Part shown: piece by piece, positions 1-16,003 of the stretch
Layout of the letters: every line of letters starts with the position of its first letter
How positions within the stretch are numbered: the stretch's first letter is position 1
NCBI RefSeq assembly: GCF_009914755.1
Contig: NC_060933.1
Length of the DNA: 64,000 bases
Direction: 5' to 3' (one strand)
Source: the human T2T-CHM13v2.0 reference genome, Homo sapiens
The notes under the pieces: generated by a model
What the model was told of the DNA's origin: nothing
Database searches by the model: none
What the model saw: only the letters and a program-made list of their open reading frames with translations
Program-made: the position numbers and the translations under genes

Positions 1-1430
<1,430 letters not shown>

Positions 1431-1729
1431 TATTGTAGGTGTGAGTGCCTTCGGAAGCTGGGCAGGTCTACTCACAATATTGAAGGATCTTAATGAAAGG
1501 TTTACTATGGCTTAAAATGAGGGGATTGGTGCACATGTTGGTGAGTTTGACCAGATAACCTTGGAAATATCTGTCACACAGGTATATTCTAGGATACTTT
1601 TATTCTGCAGTATTTGATATTGTTCTCTTTTTGCCTAAATTATCAGTGTTGTGTCCCCTACCTGATCCCTCTACAACCTTATGAAAGATAGATAAATTAT
1701 TTCATTAGTCTTTATTAAATAGAATGAAT

Positions 1730-1900
1730 TTTTATTACTTTCTCAGTAGACTATAGATTGGGAGAAACTGATGTTATTCAACTATCTTACAATGTAGATA
1801 AGACAATTAAGACTCCAGGAAGTGAAATGATTAGTCAAGTAGAAAATTCAAAGATAATAGCAAATCTAGGACTAGAACCCATCTCCTAGTTTCATTTTTC
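1730..1900 (-). mobile_element. MIR fragment
   Basis: Degenerate MIR core (aagactccaggaagtgaaatga...ggactagaaccca). Confidence 0.5.
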
Positions 1901-1999
1901 ATCATCTTATTACTCCTCTATTTTTGGTTTATATCTTTTTTTAGACTATCTGCTTAGAATAAGAACTTTCAAAGTTGTATTGCTAAAAATAGTAAAACA

Positions 2000-2334
<335 letters not shown>

Positions 2335-2881
2335 TCAGCATTAGAGAATTCGTTAAGTTCCTCTTCCATTCATTCCTCCAGCTACTGGAACACTGGCAGC
2401 TGATGGCTGTTAGCAAAGTCCTTCTCTCGGTATTGACATGCCATAGAGTCAGGTGGACTCAGCAGCAATCCGTCGTAAGACAGAAATGCTGAACCCAGTG
2501 TCAAGCATAAGCAGGGCTGAAGGGCACAATTAAACTGCATTGACACCTCCCAATCAGTACAAATCTACGGCCACGTGAGGGGCCCGTTATGATTAGTTCA
2601 CTAGGGGTGAAAAAGTTCAGACTCAGTTCACAGGTGGGTCATCCCAATATGAGGAGCAAGCTAAAAATGAACTGCTGTTGCACTGTGATCTCACTCAAGA
2701 ATGTCTCTGAAAGAAAGCTGAGAAAGGAAATCTTCACATGTTTTTTGGCAGTGCACTTGCTCTTCCACCTTGTGCAAAAAGAACAGTGGACCAAATTTGC
2801 AATCTACACCAATTCATGAGAAGAGGGAAATGATTTAGTTGTTTATTCAGGGACCAGGAAAAACAAAAATTGGAAAATTGG

Positions 2882-3259
2882 TGTATTAGTCCATTTTCAC
2901 ACTCCTATAAAGAATACCACCTGAGACTGGGTAATTTATAAAGGAAAGAGGCTTAATTGACTCACAGTTCCACATGGCTAGGGAGGCCTCAGGAAACTTA
3001 GAATCATGGCAGAAGAAGCAGCCAGCACCTTCTACGCAGGGTGGCAGGAGAGAGAAGGGCCTGTGAAGGAGGAACTTTTAAACACGTTTAAAACCATGAG
3101 ATTTCATGAGAACTCATTCACTATCATGAGAGCAGCATGAGAAAACCACCCCCATGATCCAATCACCTCCCACCAGGTTCCTCCCTCAACACATGGGGAT
3201 TATGGGGATTACAATTCCAGATAAGATTTTAAGTGGGGACACAGAGCCAAACCACATCA
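2882..3259 (-). mobile_element. MSTA solo LTR (ERVL-MaLR)
   Basis: tgtattagtcc...ggcctcaggaaactta...ccaaaccacatca; TG...CA ends; 5-bp TSD attgg at 2877-2881 and 3260-3264. Confidence 0.92.
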
Positions 3260-3282
3260 ATTGGTAAGAAGCACATCTGAAG

Positions 3283-3468
3283 CACAATAATGCAACTACC
3301 CTGTATCTAGATTTCTGTTACTCTATCTTCATAGAAGAAAAAAATTCTTAAACTCTGACACATGGATATGTTATATACTACATAACATAATAATAATGTT
3401 ACACAACAGTAACATAATATGTAAATGTGCATGTATTACCACATTAATATGTTGCATATTACATATGT
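3283..3468 (+). repeat. Dispersed direct duplication, copy A1 (partner 8175-8346)
   Basis: Manual alignment: about 11 substitutions plus one ~14-nt indel versus 8175-8346. Confidence 0.95.
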
Positions 3469-4868
3469 GGGTAGTCTATGGGAATGAGCCCAAGTATGAA
3501 GATCTTTGTATCACATGCCAATACCTGTTAGAGGGCATCCTTCAAAGAAAAGTCATTAACCAAAAAGACAGAGTGACTTTGCCAGTTAGTAACAGCCAGC
3601 CTCTATCATCAGCAACCTCACTGCTGGCACAATGGTCAATAAACAGAGTGGTCACAGTGGCAGGGATGGGGACTATACATGGGCCAAAGATCATAGGTCC
3701 CACTCACCAAGGCTAATCTAGCTATTTCCACTGCCAAATAGCCCAACTCCCAGCAACAGAGACCAATGTTAAGCATAATCCACAAGGACATCAAGCAACT
3801 ACTTGGTGCCAAATTGACTACCCTGAATTCCTTCCACCTTGCCGGGGACAGCAATTCACCTTGGCTGGAATTAACACATATAGCAGGTATGGGTTTGCCT
3901 TTCCTGTTCACAGCCTCAGCCAGCACCACTATCTAAGGGCTTATAGAGTGTTTGATTCACTTACATTAGATCTTATACGATACTATATCAGACTAAGGAC
4001 CCATTTGACAACAAAGGACAGATGGAAGTGAACACATGACCACACGATCCACCGGATCTATCACACTCTGCACTACATAGAAATTACTAATCTGATGGAG
4101 TGATAGAATAGCATTTTGAAAGTGTAACTGAGGCACCAGCTTGGATATGATACTCTGCAGGAATTGAGTGCTATATTCCAAGATCTAGCATACACTCTAA
4201 CCAATGACCACTGTATGATGATGCTCTGTCCCCAGTAGGTTGAATGTATGGGACTCGGACCTAAGAGAAGGAAGTAAAATTAGCCCTTTTACCATCCATC
4301 CAAGTGATCAACTTGTAGAATTTGTGCTTCCCATCACTACAACTCTGGAAAATGTAGATGTAGATGTTCTGCTCCCTAGAGAGTGAAGTGTTCCATCAAA
4401 GGACATAACAAGAGTCCTATTAAATTTTAAAACTACTACTGTCATTTTGGGGTCCTCATGACATGAAGAAGGCAAGGAAAGTAATACACAATGAAAGAAG
4501 TCACATCCAGGCAAGGATGTTTGGGTCTGATCATCAAAGGAGGTAGGGCTGCTGCTTCACTATAAGTATAGGGGAGAATATGTTCAGTACTGATGTAATC
4601 CACAGGGGTACATATTGGTATGCTACATTGCCCAGTTTTGACAATCACTGGATAAATGCAACAGTTGCGGCCCGAGAAAGTCATGGTGACTAAGGGTTGT
4701 GACTGTAGGGATGAGGATCTGGGTTACAACATTGTGTAAACCACTGAGATCAATAGATGTGTTAGCTGAGGGTGAGTGGAATCATACAGCTATTACTAGA
4801 AGAGGATGGATACAATGAAACTTAATAAAATATGAGTTAAGTGAATTCAAATGGCACAGGAGATGGAC

Positions 4869-5425
4869 TAGCAAATATTGTTTTATGTCACCCAGATTCC
4901 CTCTCAGAACTGAGGAATTCATTACCTCAGTTGCTGGTAGCATTGGTGACTGATGGCTCTCAGCTGAATTCCTATCTGGGAGTTGCCTTTGGCTGAAAAT
5001 AGCTGCCTTGCCCAAGTTCATGCTTACTCCTTGGGCACAGTCCCTATTCAAAGCCCTCTAGCCTTTTTGTCTCAAGGAGGGACAACTCTGAAGGGTCATC
5101 CCAGCCCCAGAGTTTCCCAAGGATTTTCTTTCTTTCTTTCTTATTTCCCTAAAGATAGGGTCTCACTAGTTTGCCCAGGCTGGTCTCAAACTCCTGGCCT
5201 CAAGCAATCCTCCCACCTTGGCCTCCAAAAGTGCTGCGATGACAGATGTAAGCCACCATGCCTGGCTGCCCTGAGGTTTTTCACTGCAGTTCCATTCCTC
5301 CCTCTACTTAATCCCACTTTCTTCAATTGTCCGTAAATATTGATCTTGAGAACTCTTGCCAATAAAATGACTACACACAGTACAAATCTCTTTCTTAAAA
5401 TCTGTTTCTCAGAGAATAGTTCAAA
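4869..5425 (+). mobile_element. LTR16-family LTR (3' LTR of the ERVL), interrupted by FLAM_C
   Basis: cacccagattccctctcagaactgagg, ctctcagctga, gggacaactctgaagggtcatcccagccccagag, aataaa near 5361, tctgtttc end motif. Confidence 0.75.
5124..5267 (-). mobile_element. FLAM_C Alu monomer
   Basis: Single left-arm monomer: agggtctcact...ctcctggcctcaagcaatcctcccacc...catgcctggc with T-rich tail. Confidence 0.88.
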
Positions 5426-5634
5426 AATTATATGGCACATCTATGTGAGATAATAGCTTGTAGTCATGAGAATGATATGGTAGTAGAAAATTTCATGAAA
5501 TCAGGAAAATCGAGTGAGGAAAATTGTGAAATATTTGCTCCCAATTTTATTAAAAAATGTATACAGACGTGTAAATACACCCTGAGAAAAAGCATGAAGT
5601 TGCAAAATATTAAGTGGTTATCTTTGTGTCCCAG

Positions 5635-6570
5635 TGATAGCAACAGGAGACAGCCAAATGCCTCAGCAGATAGGCACTGATACCTGGTAAAACCCCATCA
5701 CCAAGTCAAAGACAGTTTAAAGCCTGAAAGCCAAGCTACAAGTTAAATCCTTGGACCAGATTGAGAACTTGCCTTCCTGTTTGGAGCACTTTCCTCTGAT
5801 TGATCCCCATCCTTCACATATTTTACATATACCTACCCCTTCCCAATTGGTTTTCTACACTGTCATGCCCACCTTTGAGTGGTGTCTTCACTTTAACCTT
5901 TTTTGCATACTCAAAAACCAATCAGCACACACTCCCCATCCTGTGCCTACAAAGAACCCAGACTCAGTCAGTAGAGGGGGTGATGTCCTGACTTCAGGGA
6001 AGAGACAACCTGATTTCGGGGAAGCTGACCTGACTTTCCCATCCCCTCTCCAGGTCTCCTCTCCACTGAAAACCATTCTCATGACTCAATAAAATTCTCG
6101 TTCTTCACTGTCCTTCAATTGTCCATATGACCTCATTCTTCTTGGACACCAGACAAGAGCTCAGGACCCACTGATTGTGGGTACCCAGAAAGGCTGTCAC
6201 ACTGGCCCTTTCCCCTCACCAGCAGAGGGAAGCCACCCCATGTGGTAAGGCAAGGGGTCAACTGATCTGCTAGCATGCTGCTGTCCATGGACGGTGGAAC
6301 TAAAGGACCATTGTAACACCCCCTCTGGGGCTTCGCGGTCTTGGGCACCCTCACCTGGGCACTACCACGTTCCCCTTGAGGTGAGGCACCTGGTCTGGCC
6401 ATGGACCCCACATGGAGCTTTCTCCCGTGTTGGCACCTGGAAAGGCCAACAGGATTCTGCACTCACTCACTCACGTGCTTCCTCTCACAAGGGGCTAAGC
6501 ATGGCAGGTTGAGTAGATGGGATACCCCTTCCACGAGTCCGGTGAAGGGGCCAAGAAAAATCCTGCATCA
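5635..6570 (+). mobile_element. ERV1 solo LTR (MER50/LTR28-like)
   Basis: tgatagcaacaggagacagccaaatg...aaaaatcctgcatca; TG...CA ends, aataaa near 6088, near-TSD ccag/ccaa (4 bp); subfamily uncertain. Confidence 0.82.
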
Positions 6571-6864
6571 CCAAGCTCATGATGCTTTTTTATATTTTTA
6601 AATATTTCTAAAAATCAACATCAGATATGTTATTATTTTTAATCATATCTGTTATTTTGGTAAAAATGTTAACTGTATAATAATATACTTATAAAATTAG
6701 AGATAAGTATAACACAGAAGGAAGGAGAGACAAAAAACACAGAGTTCAATATAGTACATCCCAGATGACCTTCAGTTTAAGAATGGAAAAAAGTTTATCT
6801 GTTTCCTAATTCATCCACTGGACTAATTAAAGTTATTAGTTAAAGTAGACAAAAAGGAAATGAA

Positions 6865-6960
6865 TATCTAGGAGTCGAATTGCTAGGTCATGTGCTAACT
6901 TCGTTTAACCATTTGAGGAACTGCCAGACTGTTTTCCAACATGATGTGCCATTTTATATT
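6865..6960 (-). mobile_element. Old L1M fragment
   Basis: aattgctaggtca...tttgaggaactgccagactgttttcca, antisense L1 ORF2 end motif. Confidence 0.7.
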
Positions 6961-8174
6961 TATCAATTATTATAAGCCAAATTATTTTCCACTTTAGTCC
7001 CAGAAGGTTTTTCCTATGGCCTACATATTCTTCCAGATACAGATTAGTCATCTCTCTTAGATGGTTCTGTGCAGAGTCCTAACCAAGGGAAAGACTAGGG
7101 AGAGTCAAAATAATTTCGTTGGTTCCCAAGACTTTATACAAATGGTAAGAATGAATCAAGCATATTAGTTCTTCTTAGAGCCTGAGGCTTAGCTCTTAGA
7201 GCATTTCCATCACTATTCCTGTCCACCCACTTAAGGCATGTATTCATTGGCCCAACCCCCTCAGGAATCACTACATCAAAGGTAGGAACTTTTCTGATTG
7301 ATATTTCTCTCCGAGACCTTCTCACAGGATGAGAGCCTAATTCTTATCTGCTTAATTGTTTTATATTGTGTAGGGAGCCAAATTTTAATTAAAACCAGAA
7401 ATTATACAAATTGCCATACGGTAAAAGATTGTTTTGTTTGCTTTTTTTTTTTTTTTTTTTTTTTAGAAAATCATGCATCCTAAATTTTATAAACAGGTGA
7501 TACACGCCTTTCTTGATTCCTCTCTAAGGCCAGATCATCCCAACATTTAAAAGAAAATTTGCCATATACTGTGGTTGAACATAATATTCAATCCCAAGTT
7601 TCTCAGCAGTAATTCTCATCTGCCAAAAGGAAGCATACATTTCTTAAAAACATTTTCTGGTACAAAAATTTTAATGGAGAAATTATATCTTATACAAGTA
7701 GCATGTATAGTAAAGAGCCCAATAATCACGACGTCTTTAACAGTTTCACAGAAAATGCAGAAGCGTTCTTCCAGTGAGTTTTCTTGATCAATTCTAAATA
7801 AAGCCAAATGAATAACATCAAAATATATTTTTCTGTGAAGCTCTTTTACGAGGAGGTTCAAATGCAGTTCAAGAGGGATGTGGCTACATTTCATGTGATT
7901 TTGAACTTCACTAATTTTAAGTGGTGTGGTAGAAAACATTATTAAACTATCTATATATCTTAAAATAATTGATTTCCCCTTTACAAAAATGTTCAAGGAT
8001 TATATAATATAAAGCTGACTATCTGAATAAATTATAAGCTGTGTTTTTGCTATTTCTATTAGGAGGTGGCAATGTTAATGGCAAATAGATGCATCATCTT
8101 TTGTCAGAGCTATTGTAACTGAGTTTTGAACTATACAGTTTAGAAGTAAGTGAGGTTTTCAGGAATGTATCATT

Positions 8175-8346
8175 CACAATAATGCAACTGCCCTGTATCT
8201 AGCTTTCTGTTGCTCTATCTTCATAGGAGAAAAAAATTCTTAAACTCTGACACATGGATATGTTGTATACTACATAATAATAACACAGTAACATAATACA
8301 TAAATGTGCACATATTATCACATTAATATGTTGCATTTTCATATGT
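8175..8346 (+). repeat. Dispersed direct duplication, copy A2 (probable donor of 3283-3468)
   Basis: Same alignment as copy A1; lies in apparently unique sequence. Confidence 0.95.
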
Positions 8347-8354
8347 CTTGTCCA

Positions 8355-8975
8355 ATAGTATTTAAATTCCTGGCTGAACATTAGAGTCACCTGGAGAGTT
8401 AGTTAAAAGCCATATTTTGTCATAATAGAAAGTGTATTTTATTCAGTAATTTTTTAATATATAAATTTTTACTTGGCTCAAATTTGAAAAGGTACAAAGT
8501 TTATGCTGTGGAAAAATCTGTCTCCCACTCCTATCTGCCAACACCTAGTTATTCCCTTCAGAGGCAAAACCAATATTATCAACCACTTGTGTAATCTTCC
8601 AGAAATATTTCATGCGTATATAAGCAACTATGTATGTTCATCCTTCTTTTTTAACAGCACTTGTAAAGTATAATACCTCTTGCAGTTTTCGCTTAATAAA
8701 ATGTCTTGAAGATTGGCCTCTATCCATACATATCCAAAGAGAAGTTCCTCATTCTTTTCTGCATATGTATGTATGGATGTTTTTATTATATGGATGCATC
8801 CTACATTGTTTAGTTTACCTGAAAAGTTTTTAAAAATACATGTCCCTGGGACCTCTCACAGACCTACAGAATCAAAATCTATGGGTCACAGTCTGGGCAT
8901 GTGTATTTTTAACAAGCTCCCAGGTGACTGTTATCCAGCCAGTTCTGCATCTTTCAGCAGATTGGTTTTGGGGAC
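8355..8975. mobile_element. MER5-type hAT-Charlie MITE pieces flanking an old L1ME fragment (~8440-8810)
   Basis: ctggctgaacattagagtcacctggaga on the left; cagacctacagaatcaaaatct...ttttaacaagctcccaggtga on the right. Confidence 0.6.
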
Positions 8976-10189
8976 TCACCTTTCTAGCTTATCTATTCTG
9001 AATATCACTATTTTCAGCTGAGTGGTTCAGAGGCTAGAAAGCACACAGGTTACATTTGCTGGGAGGAACCTGACTTATTGTTAGTACATACTTCTGACTG
9101 AGAAGGACATAATCTTTATTGTTTGATTTATAGAACATTTTAAAGAGAAAAATGATAATTCTTCCTGTAGATTGCTGCCAGTGTAGTTAAGCAATGTATT
9201 GATTTACCCTGAATCACACTCAGCTGAAATGATTCTCAGCAAGCCTCAACCTCTGCCTTACAGAACTCCCCGCAGCAGTCTCATCTCCCCTGACACTTGG
9301 CAGTTCTCAAAGAGGTACCCGAGCACGGGAATAATAATGGCTGAACTTTCTGTAATATGGAAAGGCCACCATGGAGATTCTGATCAGATCCTCATTGGAA
9401 GTGCACCCACACAACCTTTGGAGAAAAACTGATTTTGATTCTCCAAGAAGGCTGTGAAAATCTCCTAGGTCATCAGTATATTCATTCAGTCAAGAGAAAA
9501 ATGACTTATTTTTATCAAATGGAAGAATCAAAAGTCAAATGATGATACAGCTGTATCTTCTCTCACTTTTGCTGTTATCAGTATGTAACATTTTTCCCCC
9601 TCCTAGAAGCTTGTGGTATAGGACAGAAATTATCCCTTGCAGTCTTCCTTAAAGGCCCTAACCATTGAATTTAGTAATAATGACTGTGTATTTTTGGTCA
9701 GTATTTTGGGTAGATGCGGATTTGGGACTACCCACGTTGCCTAAGAAAATGTAAAAATAGTTAAAACAAAAATATATATGTATGGCCATTTTGATTTGGG
9801 GTAAGTTTAAAATGCGATTCTGATTACATAACCCCCTCTTCTTCCTATCTAACCCTAAACTGAAACATTTATTCTTTAACTTGCTTCCTTTCTGATTTTA
9901 TCAGGCAAATTATCAATGAAAAGGCTAAAGTAAAATGGTTCATAAGCTGAATTTTCCTGAAAACCTTGCAAAAAGATTTAGAGCTCTGCTCTAATTGATG
10001 CATTGTTTTTGTTTGAGCGATTTGAAAAAATAAATCAACTGCTTAAAACAACTGCAATAAAAGATGTGGTGTTCCTCGTTGCTTTGGATGCTAATGGCCC
10101 CAGATTCTCAGCATCTCAGCCAATGATAGTGTCCTTTCAGATGGATCTTATGGAAGCAGGAAAGGAACTAACATGTACTGATTACAATC

Positions 10190-10385
10190 TACGTAAATTA
10201 CTTAGACAGTTATATAAGATGTAATCATATGTCTCCATTTTACAGATGAAGGGATTGAGGCAAAATAACTGTAAGGTGAAATTAACTTATCCAAATCTCA
10301 CATCTGGTGAATGGCATAGCTAGGGCTGGAAACTAGTTCTAATTCTAAATATGGTGCTTCTTCCACTAAGTCATGTTCACCATCT
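10190..10385 (-). mobile_element. MIR
   Basis: ccattttacagatgaagggattgaggc...aaggtgaaattaactt...tcacatctggt MIR core. Confidence 0.8.
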
Positions 10386-10901
10386 AGACAAATTATGTAA
10401 TTCAGAGGCACATTTACAAGAGAAAATAGTCAACATATTTAAATAAAAACTTTTCAATATTTTATTATGAATCCCCAAACTGGGTAATTGAGGCGATTCA
10501 ATTTCCTAGGGAAGTATTTCCATGGCTGAATGGATATTTATAAAACCAATTGTGCTATCAGATCATTCAGGTCACGTGTAATTGAGGAGAGGGGCTATTC
10601 TAGTATAGTACTACACATAAATTGTGCATCATTGAGTTTAATTTTTGAATAGTTTGAGTTATAACTGAGTATTACAGCTTCTTGAAGGAGATTCAAAATG
10701 AAAAAGTGATTTATACTTTTGTTGTTATTAATATGTAGTTAGTCCTATAGTACCTTTAATCAAACATTTATAAGTGTATAAATTTAAATCTTAGCTTAAA
10801 ATATAGGTCACTAACATACCATACGGTGCTATGGTGCTTCTGTAACAACACTGTACAGAAAGAAATCAGCTTCAATAAAATTCCTTTTTTTTTTTTTTCA
10901 G

Positions 10902-10963
10902 GAGACGACTCACCTGTATTGTACCTCTCCAAGTTCTGGAAAGTCGATGGAGGGTTTACTCAG
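10902..10963 (+). other. Candidate 62-nt internal exon of a + strand transcript (lncRNA or UTR)
   Basis: Long T tract + CAG acceptor (ttcc(t)14cag|G) and CAG|GTTAGG donor in non-repeat sequence; no expression evidence. Confidence 0.6.
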
Positions 10964-11789
10964 GTTAGGTGTCTATACCAAACCAAACATTAGACTTTCA
11001 TAAAAACAAGAAAGGAAATTGTTTTTGAAGTATTGAACCCACAGTATTTAATGAGAGCAATCTATATTTTACCTAATTTAGTCTCAAATATCACTTATAT
11101 GTACATATGCATGCATATATATGTATATATACACGTATTACACTATAGGTATTGATATCATCTTCCAGCTCTTAGGCCAATGAAACATCCATGCTGTGGT
11201 CTGCTCTGGATTATTCTTCTATATTTTGCCTACCCTTTTTTTTAATATCTCACCTTCTTGCCTTAACTGGATGAGATTTCAGGGTCCTTATTTTTATTAC
11301 CTATTAATGCATTTACAAAAAGTTCCCTCCAAGTACAGTGTTTTAAATTTTGGAATATTTTAATATACTTAAATTTATAGCATCTAATATAAACATGCAT
11401 GTATCTAACTTCTGGCGTCCTCAAATTTAATATTTTGCTTCATTTTCTTTCATTTTAAAATTACACGTTACAGATATATTTGATGTTTCAGCTCCCTTAA
11501 CCCCCAATCAATCCCATTCTCCTTCCTCTTCCTGCATATGACAGCCACGATCCTGAATTTGGCGTCTCTCATTATCAAACATGTTTTAATTTGCTTAAAC
11601 TGTTTGTATTTATAGACAATATATAGGGCTCCAGATAAACATGTCAGGTTGAACACATGCACTTATTTTCAACCTCTTCTGAACCCTGATTTAAAATGCT
11701 ATATGGGCATAATCACACAGAAACAAAACAATTCGTGCTTTGTGCTCACTTGAAGGGGGAGTATGTGGCGGGGAGGTTAATATTCTATC

Positions 11790-12030
11790 AAGATAGGAAA
11801 AAGGAGGCTAAAATATCCCTTTAATCAAGAATGCAAAAACTTTCTCAAATTTCCAGCTGACTTTTGCCTTTGTGTTATTGGCAAAAACTCAGCCATATGA
11901 CCACCACAAGCTGCAAGAGTAGTAGGATAGCAAGTATTTTGCCTTTCCACCTTCAAAGCAGAGTAAGCAAGGGAGACAGGGGTTGTTCCTATATGTTGAT
12001 TAGCCAAACAGGTGGGTTTGCTGCAAGGCC
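11790..12030 (-). mobile_element. MLT1-type MaLR LTR fragment
   Basis: ccagctgactt...ttattggcaaaaactcagccatatgaccacc...agctgcaag. Confidence 0.55.
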
Positions 12031-12738
12031 TGAACATCCTGTTTGGCTGGGAGGAGGGATTGGAAATATCAATTGGGTTTTAGCAGAGCTACCTTAGGTA
12101 AATCACATAAAATGCAATGTACCTGCTTTGCTTTTAAACACCTTCTTTAGCTCAGATTTCCCCAAAGTGTTCTGCTTAGAATAAGGATTCAGTGGGATGT
12201 TTTTATTTGACCACAGCATAATATGGCCAAATAAGCTTGAAAAATTAGAGTTGACTTACCACATTGTTAAAATATAATTATGCAATATTAAGTTATATGT
12301 AAATTCTGTCTGTCTCAAAATTCCGGCTTCCAGTGTATTCCCTGGCAGACAGTTATGGCTCCTTATTGATTTTTTTTTGTTTTTTTCAGTTCATGAATGT
12401 TAAATTAAATTTTATATGAAATTATAGTATTCAGGCCTCTTAACTCCAATTTCTGTCCTTTTATTCCAATTCCTTCAAGTAATATAAAACATGATTTTAT
12501 TTTTTGAGATTAAAATTATAGGACTGTTTCATCTTTTCTTTCAGTTATTTTTTATTTATTTTTGACATTTAAATTTTATTTTTAATTTATCAAAGTAATA
12601 CATGCACTTAGTTTATGAAATCAAATAGTCCTAAAATGTTTACAACAAAACCAGTAGCTCTGTGGCTCTCATTATCAAACATTATCCCCCACCTCCAGGA
12701 GCACTATTCTCATATTTGTTCATTTCTGTATTGATCAA

Positions 12739-13412
12739 TGATAGGGGTAGGGGCCAACTGAAAACTTCCCAATCACCCTTTAAAGGTTTGCTGAAAAATC
12801 AGCTTAATTAGAGGCAGATTAATTAGAGAAAGGCAGATTAATTAGAGAAACGGCATAAAATTTATTTAATGTATATACATGAGAACCTTCAGAATGAAGA
12901 CCCAAAGATAAAGGAGGAAATTGTCCATTTTATACTTAGGTTCAACAAAGTATGGACAGTGTTTAGAAATATGATTGGACAAAAAGGGTATGATCTAATG
13001 CAAATAAGCTAAGTGGAGAAACCCAGCAAGGCCTGTTCATCTAGGTTCTTCTCCGCCTCTCTGAGCATGTGTTCCTTTTCTGGGTACAGGGCAAGACCCT
13101 CTCTGGAATAGGGATCTTATGACTTACAGTCAAACAAGACAGGTTAGATAATTTCTTTATGGCCAGTTTTTACACAGAAAGGCAGAGGGAAAGTTGAAGA
13201 AATATTTTTAGATTTTATGGCTGGCTTTGGTGAAGAGGGGTTCTGGTTTCTATGACCCACCTTGGGGAAGAGGGATTCTAGTTTCTATAGCTAGCCTCAG
13301 GGGAGAGTGGGGCTGAGAGACAGGAGAGCAGGAGAAGGTTAGAGAAAAACTTTTGCTTCTGAGGCTGCTTTTGAAGCCTTCATTTTGGCGTATTGTTTTC
13401 TGAGCCCCGCCA
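12739..13412 (-). mobile_element. MER39 solo LTR (ERV1)
   Basis: Reverse complement begins tg..ggggctcagaaaacaatac.ccaaaatgaagg; TG...CA ends; small internal tandem aggcagattaattagagaa x2. Confidence 0.88.
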
Positions 13413-13439
13413 CTGGCGTGTATCATTATCTTTTTCCCT

Positions 13440-15560
<2,121 letters not shown>

Positions 15561-16003
15561 AGTCATTTTTTAACATACTAAAATGTGACAGTGTTCTTAC
15601 CGTTTATGGCAGGAGCTTTTTCAGCCCTGTTTTAGAATTCTTTCCCTACCTTTAAATCATGAAGATATATTTTTCTTAAAGCTTAACTAGTTTGCTTCTC
15701 ATATTTTGTTTTAGAGAACACCTGAAATTGACTTTTGTGAACAGTGTGAGATTTGGTGCTATGGGTTTTTTCATTAATTTTGTTGGACACTCAAATGTGG
15801 GATATGCTTTTATAGTGTTTCTTTTATCACGTATTTCCCCTTGTTTCCTTCGCTACTGGAACTCCTATTAATTGAATGTTGGGTCTCCTAAACTAATCCA
15901 CTAATTCGCTTATTCCTTTTAATATTCTCTATCTTTGTGTTTTTTTGGATTCTCTTTATTTTGTATATTTTTTCTTTTTTCTAACTTTGTATATATATAT
16001 ATA

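Larger units (their letters stand above)
2340..4868 (+). mobile_element. ERVL-class internal region (ERV3-16A3-like), decayed pol/integrase; interrupted by MSTA and a duplicated segment
   Basis: From 3804 the + frame reads WCQIDYPEFLPPCRGQQFTLAGINTYSRYGFAFP, matching the ERVL integrase core (WQVDYIGPLP...GIDTYSGYGFAFP); purine tract just before an LTR16-type LTR; many stops. Confidence 0.8.

Noticed and set aside
9415-9451. Hairpin ttggagaa...ttctccaa as a miRNA or terminator
   Set aside because: Stem of about 8 bp, too short for a pre-miRNA and expected by chance.
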